Source of the DNA: Vitrella brassicaformis CCMP3155
Taxonomy: Eukaryota > Protista > Chromerida
Length of the DNA stretch: 64,000 nt
Reading direction: 5' to 3'
NCBI GenBank assembly: GCA_001179505.1
Contig: CDMY01000989.1
Coordinates: 1-64,000, forward strand
The notes beneath the pieces are model-generated. The model was not told the origin of the DNA. It ran no database searches and was given only the letters and a program-made list of their open reading frames with translations. Both the position numbers and the translations under genes were made by a program. This document shows positions 23,081 to 35,674 of the stretch, one piece after another; positions within the stretch are counted from its first letter, which is position 1, and each line of letters begins with the position of its first letter.

Positions 23081-24897
23081 ACAAATGATCGCTGTTCTGC
23101 ACCAAACATACACACATACGATTGGTGGGGTGGATGCAGCCCGGCCAGCCCCCCTCTCTCTCTCTCCCACCTCATGGTTGTTGAGTGTGCCGGCCATGAC
23201 GAGCCCATATTCGGGGATGCCGTAGGCAAAGGACCGCCCGTAGCCGCTGTGGCCGATGATGCTGCCGGCCCCGTATACCCTCTTGTTGATCCCAAGCCCA
23301 TAAGACACGCCTTCCTCGTCAGTCGGCTCGAAGTTGGTCATCGCCTCCAGGCTCTCGGGCGACATCAGCCGGCCGCTAAACAAGGCTTTCAGGAACGCAC
23401 ACAGGTCACTCGCATCGCTGGGGGACAACAAGAGCAACGACAGGAGGACATGTGCCCATTTTGCTCGGCTCCTCTCTGCGTGAATGTGCATGTGTGCTTG
23501 CAGACCTTGCCATGGCTCCTCCCGCCCATTCAGCGGTATTGCGGGGCGTGGCCCGCATGTCGATCAATCCCAGGCCACCTTCGATAGCATACCGAGCTAC
23601 CTCGCCATCGGGATTGCTGCCCACACACACAAGTGTGGATGGACGGATGAGTGCATATCTATGCGGGTGCACGATTGCTGCTTACGGATTATCTTCTCGG
23701 TATTGCGAGTAGGTGTTGTTCATCCCAACTGGGCCGAAGATGCGCTCGCTGTACGACTGGCTGAGCGGTTTGCCCTCCACCTTCTCGATGATCAGCCCTG
23801 CCAGCATGAACCTGACAAGGGCAGAAACAACACACAATACAACACACATGGGCACACAAAAAGAGCACTGTGTGTATGTTTTCCGCGTGTACTTACGCGG
23901 TGTCAGTGTATTCGTATCTGCCGGGGGTGCCAGGAGGGAAATGGGCCTCCACCTCTGCGGGGTAGATGAGCGTCTCGGCGCCAAGCCAATACCTGACACC
24001 CACACGCATCCCACTCACACTCACACCCACAATCCGCCTTCTCTGGTGATTTTCTCTTCATACTGACCTGTCGGCCTCCCTCTCGTAGTCGCCAAGGAAG
24101 GTGTCCAGGTCCCAGTAGTTCTGCACTCCCGACCGGTGGTCCAGCGTCATGCGCACGGTGATGTTGGCCGTGTAGGTGGTGTTGCCGATCCGGTGCAAAG
24201 ACTCGGGGATGACGAAGCCGCCGCCCTCGCCCACCGAAGGGTCGTCGCCCACCACACCCACCTCTGATATGTTGCCGAGGACGAGATACTCAGTGATGGG
24301 GTCGTCAAGGGACACCTTGCCTTCATCCTGCGCGGGCATCCATCCATCCATCCATCCCAAGTGTGTGTCCGCCTGTCTCTGCCTGTCGATCTCACCACCA
24401 GCTGCATCATGACGACCGCTGTGAACATCTTGCCGATACTGGCAATCTCGAACTGCATGTCGGGTGTGGTGGGTGTGTCGCTGGGGTCGCTGTTGTTGGT
24501 CCTGCGGCCGGCCGCGCCCTCGAACACCACACCAGCGGACGGGTCAAGCGACTCGACCCGAAGGATTCCGCTCCCGTAATCGCCGTTGAAGCCAACCTGA
24601 AGGTCGAGAGCCTCCTGCAAATGACATACACACCCACAGACAAGCAGTCAAGCAGTCAGATGACACAATGACATGCACTCACTTCCCTAGTGTGCATGTG
24701 CATGTGCATGTAGGTACCTGGAGAGCGCCCTGCACGTCGAGATCTGTCCTGTTTTCAATCAGGGGGAACACGGACTGGGGCTCCTCTATCTCGCGAAGCT
24801 CCAGACGGCGACGCAGCCTGGCATTCGAGCAGCTGGCGAGGCCCAACGAGGCAGCAGCGAGAAGCAGCAGCAGACTCTGTGACGGACTCATGGTCAT
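23025..24897 (-). CDS. Secreted beta-lactamase/DD-peptidase-family serine hydrolase
   Basis: Signal peptide LLLLLAAASLGLASC, SxxK motif FEIASIGKMFTAVVMMQLV, EGKVSLDDPITEYL, ITVRMTLDHRSG, YEYTDTAFMLAGLIIEKVEGKP, IFGPVGMNNT, YGLG and IIGHSG. Confidence 0.88.
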
Positions 24898-24967
24898 GGC
24901 CGGTCTGCTGAATGAATGGGGTCGAGTACAGCCAAGGCGTTCAGAGGTCTGCCCTTCCCTCGTGCGA

Positions 24968-24980
24968 AGCTAAGCTCGCA
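24968..24980 (+). promoter_or_regulatory. Candidate promoter/5'UTR motif AGCTAAGCTCGCA (exact copy 2)
   Basis: Exact 13-mer in the 124-bp spacer between the divergent hydrolase and transporter genes. Confidence 0.6.
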
Positions 24981-25021
24981 GAGGTGGTCTGTCGGGGTTT
25001 CTGCGTGCACGGGGCTTCAGC

Positions 25022-27154
25022 ATGGCGACGCCATCTGGAGGTGTGCAGGCATCGGTCTTCCAGGACAAGACACTGCTGCTGTTCCTCGTCTTGTTCGCCG
25101 TGGCATACTGCTCGCAGCCACTGCTGGTGAGTCACCACCCCAGGAATGAGTAGATCAGCCATGCATGGATGAATGAATGAACGAGCAGATCAGCCAGGCA
25201 GGCAGGCAGCGAGAAATGCCGTGGTCATATGAGCCGTTTGTGTCTGCTTATGTGTGTGTGCTTTGCTTCACAGGTGGATGCTGTGAAGTATCAGGGCGCT
25301 GCAAGCGTAAGCAACGAGGAACTTGAAGCACGCACACATGAATGCATCAGAGAGGCGGGACCCATTCAGTCAGTCATTCACTCATTGGAGTGGCTGTCTT
25401 GTCTGTCTGGTGTGCTGTGTGTCTTGCCATCGGTCCATCCATCAGGCGTCTACGTTTTTGTACTTGATCCCGCACTACCTGTCCATGTCACTCGTGGGCT
25501 TCCTCCCTGACGACGAGCGACACACAGAGGAGGAAACACGAAAGAACCCTTGGCTGGCGTGAGCAGAGAGGAACCAACACACACACACACACACACACAC
25601 ACAAGTGTGTTGTGGTGTGTTGTCAGTTGGAAGAAGGCGGGCATCATTTCTGCGATCGACATTGCACACCAGCTGACGGAAAAGGGTACCTATGCCCCGT
25701 CGATGACGGGAATGATTGCATTGCATGTCCATTTTGTGCGTTCTGTGTTGTGTGTATGTGTGTGGTTATCTTATCAGCTGGTTTGGTGTTTGCTGGGAGT
25801 GCGGTGTACATAGTGGTGGGCAGGTAATAATTGGCTCCATAATTACCGCTATGAAGCCAGAATTCTTTGAATATAATCATGGTCAAAAACACGTTCCCTT
25901 TCTTTTAGCTCTACCATCGTGTGGACAGCCATCATGGTCACCATCGTCAACAGACGGCGGCTGGCACCAGCTCAGTGGTTCAGCATCGCACTCATCTGCG
26001 CCGGCATCTCTGTCAAGGTGAGTCCTCACACAGCACGGCATCCACTCCGTGCGATTCCTTGTATGTTTGTATGTGTGTGTGACCAACACATATCACACGT
26101 ATATACCAATCAGGCTTTCTCGATCGACTTTGATTTCCACAATGATGAGTTCGTGGGCGCCGTGCTCACACTCGGAGCCGCCATTCTGGTCAGCCAGGCC
26201 GCCAGGCAACGACCAGCCACACAGACACCCAGCAGAAACGACGTGTGTGTGTGTGTGTGTGCATGTGGTTTAGCAAGGGCTGACTTTTGCTGTCAATGAG
26301 AGATTCCTCACCGGGTAGATTTGACACGGAAGTGATTCACTCGTGATGGATGGACGGATGTGTGCAGCCCCGGTGCGGTGTCTGGTCCCAAGTTGGTTGC
26401 CATGATGGGCATCATCAACCTGGCCCTGCTGGTCGTGTGGACGGCCGTGTGGACGGTCCCGCAGTTCGACAAGCTGGTGCTGTCCAACATCCGGCGGCAC
26501 AACGGCCATACGGGGGCCATCCTGATGGGCTTCCTGGGGCTGTTCCTCTGCGGCTTTGTGCACTCGGCCACACTCTGGTACCTCATCAAGAAAATCGGTA
26601 AGGCTGTGGGGTCATGCATCGACAGCTGGGATGGAGGTGGGAAATGGATCGAGGTTCTATGTGTGTGTTTAGGTGCGGTGAGTAGTGGTGTGATGAAGGG
26701 TCTCAAGACGGCGAGCGTCTTCGTTCTCAGCCACTACTTCTTCTGCAGCATACAGGTCAGTGAGTCGGCCAGCACATCACCCCATTCACTCCTCCGTGCT
26801 TGACTGTGACTGTGTGTGTGTGTGTGTGGGTGTGTGCAGTCGAGTCAGTGTCTGACGCCCACCAAGGCCATCTCAGCTGCCGTGTGTGTGCTGGGCGTGC
26901 TGCTCTACTCCATCTGCACACCACCCGACGCAGCCGCCGCAAGAGCCGCCGGCCCCCCACCTCCTCCCGCCGACAAGACCGTGAAGCGCGGCGACAGCAA
27001 GCCCTTCCGCCTTCGGTCGAATGAGCACCTGGGCCTGCTCGAGTCCTTTGCGGATGAGCAGCTCGAAGAAGGGGCGGCGTTCCACTCTAACGAAGAGGGC
27101 GGCGGCCAGAACAGTGATGACACTGGCAAGGGGGAGGCGGGGGCGAAGAAATGA
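25022..27154 (+). CDS. Drug/metabolite transporter (DMT) superfamily, nucleotide-sugar-transporter-like, about 10 TM
   Basis: Multiple hydrophobic exons: LLLFLVLFAVAYCSQPLL, AGLVFAGSAVYIV, VWTAIMVTIVNRRRLAPAQWFSIALICAG, FVGAVLTLGAAIL, GAVSSGVMKGLKTASVFVLSHYFF, AISAAVCVLGVLLYS. Confidence 0.72.
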
Positions 27155-27280
27155 CAGAAAGTGTAGCGAGTGGTCGGTCAATGAAGCAGTAAGGTCGGGG
27201 TGGTGTACAGTGCGAGCAGAGCTATGAAAGGCTGAGTGGGTCTCTTGGCAACGATGCGAGAGACAGAGAGAAAGAAAGAA

Positions 27281-27311
<31 letters not shown>

Positions 27312-27871
27312 GTGTCGGACAGGTATGTATGTTAGGCATTTGCATTTGGTTGCTATGCACGAGATCGATGCATGGATGGATGGATGGATGGCCTGCCCGC
27401 CGCCCTCTCTCTCTTTGGTCACTCTCTGTGTGACTGTGTGAGAGTGTGGTTGTATTTATGTCTGTGGCGGCGAGGACCGGGAGGGACTTTCACAGACACA
27501 CTGGCCGAGAAGAGTTTTGGAGCGCTTTACTGACTACCTCAATCCTTATGAAAGGAGCCTGCTCGTTTCCCCTTGAAGGATTTACCGATCCGTAAATTCG
27601 CACAAAGGCTCCCTTACTTGCCATGCCCTCCCTTGTCCCTCACTTGTGTGTGCAATCACATTCAATGAAATTTGACGGACAAGTAAAATTGGCCGTCACA
27701 GTCAGCCCAACAAGCGAGACACGAGTGCTATGTCTACTAGTTAAGCGTCGGAAGCCCTTTCGCCGAGTCTGCACACGCCCTACACGCATGACGTGATGCC
27801 ATACACGTACACTCAGCGACATGGATGGATGCAATCTATCAAGCCGACAACATGATCCATACAAACCTGCA

Positions 27872-30800
27872 TCAGCGTTTCCCCCTCCTTATTTTGCCGT
27901 GTCTCACTCCCTGCCGAAAGCCTCTTCTCCATCGATCAGCTAAAGTGCTGCTGCCAAGGCTGCTTGACGGCATGAAGCGCCGAACAGAGAGGCTCAGTCT
28001 CCCTCTTGTGGCACTGAGGCAGCCCCTCTCGCCTCCTCTGTGTCCATCTTCACTCGCAGCGCTGCATGTGTGCGACCGAGACGACTGCGCTTCGTCATGA
28101 CGGTGAACAGCATTTCCGCCATCCGCTTCTGGATCAGCAAAAGGGTTGATGATGCGGATCATCGTTCCGTCGTCAGATCGAGCGGCAGTTTCCCCGCTCA
28201 GCAGAGGCACACTTGGGCATGGTCCTTGATGCGTCGCGGGAGGCGGCAGGACACAGGGCACATAGCCGCACATGGGCTGGGGTGTCCTCGCGGGCACGAA
28301 CAGATGGCAGTGAGGCAGATATGGCGATGTGCTGTGGTCCAGGTGACGAAGAGCGTGAAGATCGGCGGACGAGCGCGAAGAGCCGAGCAAGACAGGCGGG
28401 GAGGAAGGCGGGGAGAGCGCGGGGACCGCCACCATTGGGATACTCGCGTATGAGCGGGTGTGCGGTACGCCTGCTGTCTTGCTCACACCGTCGACTTCTG
28501 CCGAGTCCTTCTCTTTCGTGTCTCGCTGCTCATCATTTCTGGCCGCCGCGGCTTTCTTGCCCCTGCCACCGAGGGTGAGGCGCCGGCAGCGCTCATTTCC
28601 ATACGCGGCCAGGCTGAGCCGCACGCCGGGGCTCTGTTGTCTCTCTGCCGAGGGACAGTGCTGATAGTAGCAGCTCTCTTGGCTGAGGCGGCCTCTGGCT
28701 GCTGGGGAGTGTGCTGCAGGAAGCATTGGGGGTGAAGTCAGCTGTGTGGCCTTCTTGCTTCTGCGCTTGCGGTCCGCCCGTCCGATTGCCGAAGAAGGAC
28801 ATGTCTCGTCTGGAGATGGTTGGTGAGGGCTGCCCTCGTTCACAGGATCTTGCTCTTGGCTTCCCTGTGCATCGGTCTTCTCGCTTTCTTGTTTCTCTTG
28901 ACAAGCCTTCTGCGGGATGAACCGACACGTAAGCGGGGGCGATTCCGACTCATCACCCGCTTGTTGCTGAGAGAGGGACGCGTCATGTCTTTCGGAGATG
29001 GGGGGGCTCATGACAATGCCGTTGATTGGAACACTCAAGCGAGACACAAAGGGAAAAGACGAAGACGCCGGAGCCACACCGCCGTTGTCGTCATCCTCTG
29101 TCTCAGAAGCCTCCACGGCATGCATTTCCTTGGGCGAGCGCAGCTTGTCCCGACCTGCCGTCGCTTCAACAGCTGCGGCTTCCCTTGCCGCCTCTTGCTT
29201 CTCCTCATGCCTCAGTGCCTCAGCCACCAGATCGGCGTCCTCCTTTCTCAGAAGCGCCGTGACATCAGCCACATTATCCCTCGGCATCTCGGTTTTCGTT
29301 TTTGCTGCCTTGATTCTGCTCCCCGCTGCCGCGACGAAGTCCCCTCTCATCGCCAGGTGCCCATAAAAGGCCATCGACATGCTGCCGTGACAGGGCGGCG
29401 GTCCTTCCCATTTGCTGGGTTGACCAAATTGCACAGACGCAACCATGGTGTGTGCAGTTGGTGGCGGCGGCACACAGGGCCGTGGCGGCGAAGGGATCAA
29501 GGCGTGTGTGTGCCCCAGGTGCTGGTGTCTCTTCCACTTCTTGGAGGTGCCTTTCGTGTTGAGCAGTGATCTGCGCGGCGGCTCCCTCAGTGGGGATCTC
29601 GGTGGCGACGACGTGTTGAGCTTGACTGCACACGCTGGCGACGTCGGAGGTCTGGCTGAAGTATTGGTGCCGGTGGCGGTGGTGCTGTTGCCGCCAGCAG
29701 CGTTGCTCTGCAAACAGAAAACAGCAAGGGAAGACAATGGAAAATACTAGTTGTCGCACTCGTCTCTTTGTCTGTCTGTCTGTCTGTCTGCCTTCCTGGT
29801 TCTCTGTACAGGAGATTCAAGGATTGGCAAGGGCTCGGTGAAGAGGCTGTCAAATGGTCCTTCCATGGGGAGCGGGACAGTGCGAGGACGGCGCACTATC
29901 ACGTCAGTCGCCTGTGAAAGAACCGGCGATGACACTTTTCGCATGTGTGGCCATCTATCGTTCACACTGCACATACCTGGTTGACATCATCGGCGTCCGT
30001 CTTAGCCTTGTCGTCCGTGTCGCCCACAACACCGCCTGTCGGCGTGGGAGGCTCCTGCAGCTGCATGTCTGGAAACTTCCTCATCAGCTGCTCCACATCC
30101 TCACTGCTCAGCACCTTGTCTGCGTCCATCGCGTCACCAGCATCCACGCCTCTCGTCTCTCTGGAGGACTTCTTTTCTTCTTCCAAGCTGGTGTCTCTTT
30201 TCTCAACCTCGCCCTCGGGCGTCCGTGGCACTTCAATGGGCGGTGGTGGTCGCCGCTTCCGGGCCGGTGTGCGGGCATCGGATCTGTTGGCCGGCCTAGA
30301 TGGACGCTGCGATGGCCTGGCCTTCAGGTCCTCCTTCAGGTGCTGAGCTGCTACTGCTGGCGTCTTCGGCACCTGTGCGGACCTGCCCGCTTGACCCTTC
30401 TCTTCGACGGAGTCCTTTTGGGAACCAGGCGGGGCGGGAGACGCGGGCATCGACTGAGAGACCTCCGTCTTCTGCTGGCCTTCCTGTTGTTCTTGACATA
30501 GAGGTTGCGGAACCGGCTCACGTGGTGAGGGCGGAGGCGGCGCTGTCACTGTCTGGGGGTGGCTACTGGATGATGAGGGGGGCGGCGACGGTATGCCCAT
30601 GCTCCTCCTCTGCTTGGACAGCAGCAGCTGCCGAATCGCACGGTTGATCTCCGCCGACGTCACTGTCTTGTCTATCACGCCGGCTGCCTCGCCCTCCTTC
30701 GCCTGCTGCTCCTTTTCCTGCAGCCGGGCCATCCTCTTCTCCTGCAGCTCTTTCTGCTTGTCACGCAGCCGTTTGATCTCAGCATTGAGGGCTTGCAGAC

Positions 30801-31866
30801 GAGCTCGGGCTGCAGGGGAGACATCCCGGTTGCGCAGCGATGCCGATGGGACGCCCCCTGCACGCATGGGGATGAGCTTCCGCGACGGCGAGCGGCTGAC
30901 AGCGGCTGGTGCGTCTGCTGGATGCGCAGACTCGTCCTGTTGTTTTGGCTCTTCCTGCACTGGCGCAACTGCTGCTGCTGCTGCTGCTGCTTTGGCGGTG
31001 ACGACGGAAGGCGTGTTCTGCACGGCTGGGGCCGAAGGCCTGACTCGCCTCTCTCTCACGCGGATGCAGCTCTTGGATCGCCGGTCGATGCTTGTCGCTG
31101 TGGCGTCTTTGGCCTTCTGTGGCTCGCCTTGTTTGTCTGTCACGGTGAATCCTGCCTTGGTGGGCGACGACGGCTGTGTCCGCAGGTGGGTGTGCTTCTC
31201 GACGCAGCAGGAGTCCTCTCCCTCCTTGTCTCTGGGTGAGACAGGCGACTGGTCTGGGGGGAAATGTGAGAGGATCTGCTGGTCGGTGAGACGGCCGCCG
31301 GTCCTGAAAATGGCGTTCTCCCACTCCCATGGTGAAGGAATCTCGTTGGTCTCGCCCTGTGTTTGCAAAGTGGCCACACGGGAGAGATGGATGCATGGAG
31401 TGTGTTTGTGCTGCTTCGTCTCTACCAGTGGGTGGATGCCCTTAGCAGTGGCGAATTTGAATATGTCTCGCACCAGCAGGGCAAAGTCGGGGCCGTGGTT
31501 CATGTGCTTGAGGTGCGCCAGCTCGTGGAAGAGAATGGCCAGCTGCGTCGGACGGCTGATCAAATCCTGACACAGCCGGCGACGCGAAGGGGACTGTCGT
31601 TTTCTCTGTCTCCGTTTATGTGTGTTCATTGGGTACGTTTGGTGCTTCTTTCTTGCGTATGCGTATGCGTATAGTGGCGAGCCACCGTATCTCGGTGTAC
31701 ACTTCACCGTCACTGCCCTCACGCCTGCACACACCGTCACCCTCTCTTCACTGCAGCAATCCATCGACGGATGGATTGATTCACTCACTTGACGATGAGA
31801 GGGTCTTTGATCGTGACCCCGGCCTTCTTGGCCTGGCAATCATGCTCAGACAGAAACGAGTACCTA

Positions 31867-31904
<38 letters not shown>

Positions 31905-32275
31905 TGAAATATGTAATATGTCATGTGTGTCCCTTTGTCTGGCTTGCGAGTCATTCATTCATTCATTCATTGGATGGTCCACCGTAGTTTGAAGTGTCTG
32001 CAGATGGGCGCGGCCACCTTGGTGTGCAGCTCGTGAAGAATCTCAGTCACCTCCTTCCGACGACATAGCCACACCCTCTCACCATTCAACTGGGTCAGCA
32101 CACACGCACATTTGAGCACAGAGAGGCGCTTGTCGCTCGATTTGCTCACGATTGTGTGGTTGAAGGTGAAGTAGTGTGCCTGCAGCATCGAGTCACCGGC
32201 AAGGGCGCCGCGAGGAGGGGAGCGCACACCGCCGACAGCAAAGGGGGACAGCGAACGGCGATGTGACGGAGACAC
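27872..32275 (-). CDS. WLM/Wss1-like (HExxH) zinc metallopeptidase domain followed by a very long low-complexity region
   Basis: EILHELHTKVAAPICRHFKLR/YSFLSEH...AGVTIK and LAILFHELAHLKHMNHGPDFALLVRDIF. The long ORFs 29962..31839 and 27872..29737 can be joined by GT-AG introns. Confidence 0.65.
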
Positions 32276-32298
32276 ACCTGATCGACAGATCAGAGCAC

Positions 32299-33969
32299 CT
32301 ACTCACATGTGTTGTCACACCATGTGTCTCGCCGCTGACCAGCTCTTGCAGCCGCTTCCCCTACAACATGTCTCTGTCTGACGGGCGAGCAGGAGCTCCC
32401 CCGCCTCATCCGCGCCCTCTGCAGCGCCTCGTTCTCGCCCCCCCTGTCCACCGCAGTGTCCATCGCCCTTGGCGTGTGCTTGACCGTCGTGACACTGGTG
32501 TCGCTGATCTGAGGGCCTGGCCCTTCAGGCGGTGCGGGCTCAGCTACAGGCAGCGGGCCCATGGCAGTGTCTATCCGCGTTCGCTGTGTGGTCACCACAC
32601 TCTGAGAGCGATAGCAGGGATGGTCATTATTCGTGATGAGAGGAAGGGCTTCCCGTCTCGCTGTGAGAGGCGGCTCCTGGCTGTCCGCAGCCGTTTCCTC
32701 CCCTTCAATCTTACGATGGGTGGGCGGTGGAAACTGTGACGTGCTGTCATTGGACGCACCGCTGCGGCTTTTGCTGCAGCTCCGAGAGCTCCCACCATCT
32801 CGACGAGACATCCTGGGCGGGCCAACGATATCTTCGCTCTCTTGCCGTTGTTGGTCTTCCTTCCGTCTGGCGGAATGGGCCTCACTTTGGCTTCCCGGCG
32901 CCGCCAGGGGAAGACTGCCGATCCCCTCCCGGGTGGTTTTCTGCTGCATACGTCGGGTGAAAAGCCTGCCCTCCTCCTTGAGCGTCCTCCGCACAAACGC
33001 CACGTACTGGTCATCCTTCGCGGCATAGTGCATCAGCCGTCGATTCTCTGGGGACGTGGTGACGGGGTGCTCGTCGCTGCCCGGCATGGACTGGACGCCG
33101 TCCGGACGGAAGAGCGACGAGCTGCGGATGGGGTATATATCGATCCTCGCCCGAGTGCTGACCGACTCGTGTCGCTTGCGGCCGCGGGAAAGCTCCCGCT
33201 TGTGCTTTGGCTTCCTGTGCTCGACGGGAGGGCCGCCCGGCTGACCAGAGGGGTCTGAATGGGTGTGTTGGAATGGCGAAAGAGGGGACGGGGGAACTTG
33301 GGGCTCTTCGACTGGCTCTTGCTCCGATGCAGTGGGGCTCTGCTGCTGTTGCCGGTGGCCACTTGTGTGGATGCATGAGGGTGGCAGTGAGGGCGTGGTT
33401 GTGGCTTCTGTTTGAATGGATGGCTGAGCAGGCCGTTGCAGTGGCGGAGACACCAACAAGGGCGAGCCAGACGAGGCGGCCTGGTCCCCCCCTCCCTCAC
33501 TTGCTTTCGTCCTCACGTCGCCGCCGCCGTCCTTTCTGGCCCTCCTGCCGTCTTTCCGTCTGGAGGGCGTGTGTTTGTCCCTCTGCTCGCTGCCGATCCT
33601 CCGCTCAATGTGCTTGAGCCATACCGACTCGGAGGCCGTGCGATTCATGGCATTGTTGTCGTGGTGCACTCCAGAGCGGCTTTGCACTCTCTTGTGGAGC
33701 TCCTTGCGATGCGCCACCACGCACATGCCGCTGCCGCACGCACCACTGCCATCCGACTCAGCGCCGTCAGCAAGTGAGGGAGTCGCCCCGCATTCCGCTC
33801 CTTGTCCCTCCAGGACCTCTGCTGCATTGTAATTGATGCTCGGGGACGGGAGAGAATCGCAGTGGCTCTTTGTCACCTCCATCGATAGTTTTACTTCTGC
33901 CACAGTGCATGCATGGGGGGGCTCTTGGGGGGCGCGAGCTCGGGGCAGTCTCCCTCTGAAAGTCTCCAT
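32299..33969 (-). CDS. Long low-complexity ORF, probably the 5' exon of the metallopeptidase gene
   Basis: An open frame of more than 550 codons from ATG 33969 with a plausible donor near 32345 and an acceptor near 32280. No recognisable domain. Confidence 0.45.
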   Translation of the reverse strand: METFRGRLPRARAPQEPPHACTVAEVKLSMEVTKSHCDSLPSPSINYNAAEVLEGQGAECGATPSLADGAESDGSGACGSGMCVVAHRKELHKRVQSRSGVHHDNNAMNRTASESVWLKHIERRIGSEQRDKHTPSRRKDGRRARKDGGGDVRTKASEGGGDQAASSGSPLLVSPPLQRPAQPSIQTEATTTPSLPPSCIHTSGHRQQQQSPTASEQEPVEEPQVPPSPLSPFQHTHSDPSGQPGGPPVEHRKPKHKRELSRGRKRHESVSTRARIDIYPIRSSSLFRPDGVQSMPGSDEHPVTTSPENRRLMHYAAKDDQYVAFVRRTLKEEGRLFTRRMQQKTTREGIGSLPLAAPGSQSEAHSARRKEDQQRQESEDIVGPPRMSRRDGGSSRSCSKSRSGASNDSTSQFPPPTHRKIEGEETAADSQEPPLTARREALPLITNNDHPCYRSQSVVTTQRTRIDTAMGPLPVAEPAPPEGPGPQISDTSVTTVKHTPRAMDTAVDRGGENEALQRARMRRGSSCSPVRQRHVVGEAAARAGQRRDTWCDNTCE

Positions 33970-34019
33970 TGTGTTGGATCTTGAGCCGTGTCGATTCACT
34001 GTCACAGTGACGTCTCAAG

Positions 34020-35364
34020 ATGAAGGTTCCCCCGTGCATGCTCGTGGTGCTGATGGCGGTTGTGATGACGTTCTCGGCACAGGTCACAGAAGAAGCCGCT
34101 GGACACGAGCAGGGCCCTGAGGATGTTGTGGGATTTCCTGTTATTGATATTCAGGTGGCCTCCACCGACGCGAAGGCTGGCCTGCTGCGGTCCCTTGGAA
34201 CACGGCATCGGAGATAGCGTGACTGGCGTGGATGGCGTCGCTGGGCGAAGGGACACCATGATTGCAATTGGAGGGTCACTTGCTACCATCCTCTCAGTTA
34301 TGCCGATGAGCACGACGACGGTGCAGGGCCCTTCGGGAGCCTCGAAGACGCCGCAGACGACACCAAGCGTCCCTGCGTCGACTCCGGAGTGTACGTGCAA
34401 TAAAGGAGACAGAGACGCCGTCCATTCGGCAGACACATACCTGCATGGATATGTGTGGCAGGACGGGTTGTGTGTATCCCGAGGTGTGCGAGGCGCAGTG
34501 GAATAGCCACACGGGATGGACATTTAAGGGATGCAGAACACCCGAGAGTGAGAAGAAGGGAGGGAGTCTCAGAGACACGCACAGAAAATGCCCACATATG
34601 TCCATTTCTCCGATGCAACGCAGCGGGTCGACTTCGGATGCCCGCCGGCCGCGGCTCTGCCAACACACGTACGTCCACCACCGAGAGTGAGACGGACGAC
34701 AAAGTGGATGAGGACAACTCTGACCCGCTGGATGTCCACACCGATGACGGGGGCAACAGATATGTCGTCCTGCCCGGTAGGCAGACACGCAGAAAGGCTT
34801 CCTTTGGTCGCATATATGTATGTAGGCGTGTGTGTGCACGTGTCTCTCCTTTAGACGGCAGCAGACGCTACATCGTCGACGACACGGACGACGACACACA
34901 AACAAAGGCCACCAGCCCCTCCTTCAATGCCACTATGGTGACCCCCGGCGACTTCACACTCCTCGGCGAAGGGGTGTGCCGCGGGTGGGACAAGGATGCG
35001 AGTCAGGTGCCCGATGGGGCAATAGTCAAGGAGAAGGTGAGAGGAAGAGACCATGTCACGTGTCTCGTGTCGAGTGTATAGAGGGGACTGACAGACGTGT
35101 GGCATGCATGTGTGTGTCCACAGGGTGTGCCGTATGTGCAGTGTTTTCAAGGCTGCCGAGACATGGGCTGGTGAGCAACTGGTCACAGAAGTGTGGGACA
35201 GTGCCAGTGCATGCCCTTCGCTTCTTTGCTTCAGGGCGTGCACGGGCATTGACTACGTCCGTGAGGGGCTGATTTGCACCACCTACCAGTTCGTGATCGA
35301 TGAGGCCAAGCCGGTGTCGGCTGGCAAGGCCGCGAGATGCTTCAAGTACACACCCCACACCTGA
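34020..35364 (+). CDS. Putative secreted protein with an acidic linker and a C-terminal PAN/apple-like Cys domain; 5' exon structure uncertain
   Basis: Hydrophobic N-terminus MKVPPCMLVVLMAVVMTFSA. The spliced C-terminus FTLLGEGVCRG...KEK/GVPYVQCFQGCRDMGW/ACTGIDY...ICTTY...AARCFKY has six Cys with CxxxC spacing. Confidence 0.55.
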
Positions 35365-35674
35365 TGGCTGTCTGTTTGTGTCGGCTTCGTGCGCCCGGCC
35401 TTCCGTGGATGCGATTGATGCATGTGTACATGTGAGGGTTTCTGTGGGTGGGGGGTCTGGTCATGCAGTGCTTTGGGTGTCACGGGCCGCAGGGAATTGT
35501 TCTCTTTTCTGTGTGATGTGACTGACATGCATCATATCAAGAGCTACAACGGATCTGATTGTTTGATGAATAAAATAAAGCGTCACGGCACGTTGCGGTC
35601 CATAGTGTGTATGTATGTATGTCACAGCAATTTATGTACATCATACTGACATACACTCTGTCTGTTCTGTTCTC

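Noticed and set aside
24968-24980. The 13-bp motif as a relic spliced leader
   Set aside because: It has no similarity to the dinoflagellate/Perkinsus leader (CCGTAGCCATTTTGGCTCAAG type).
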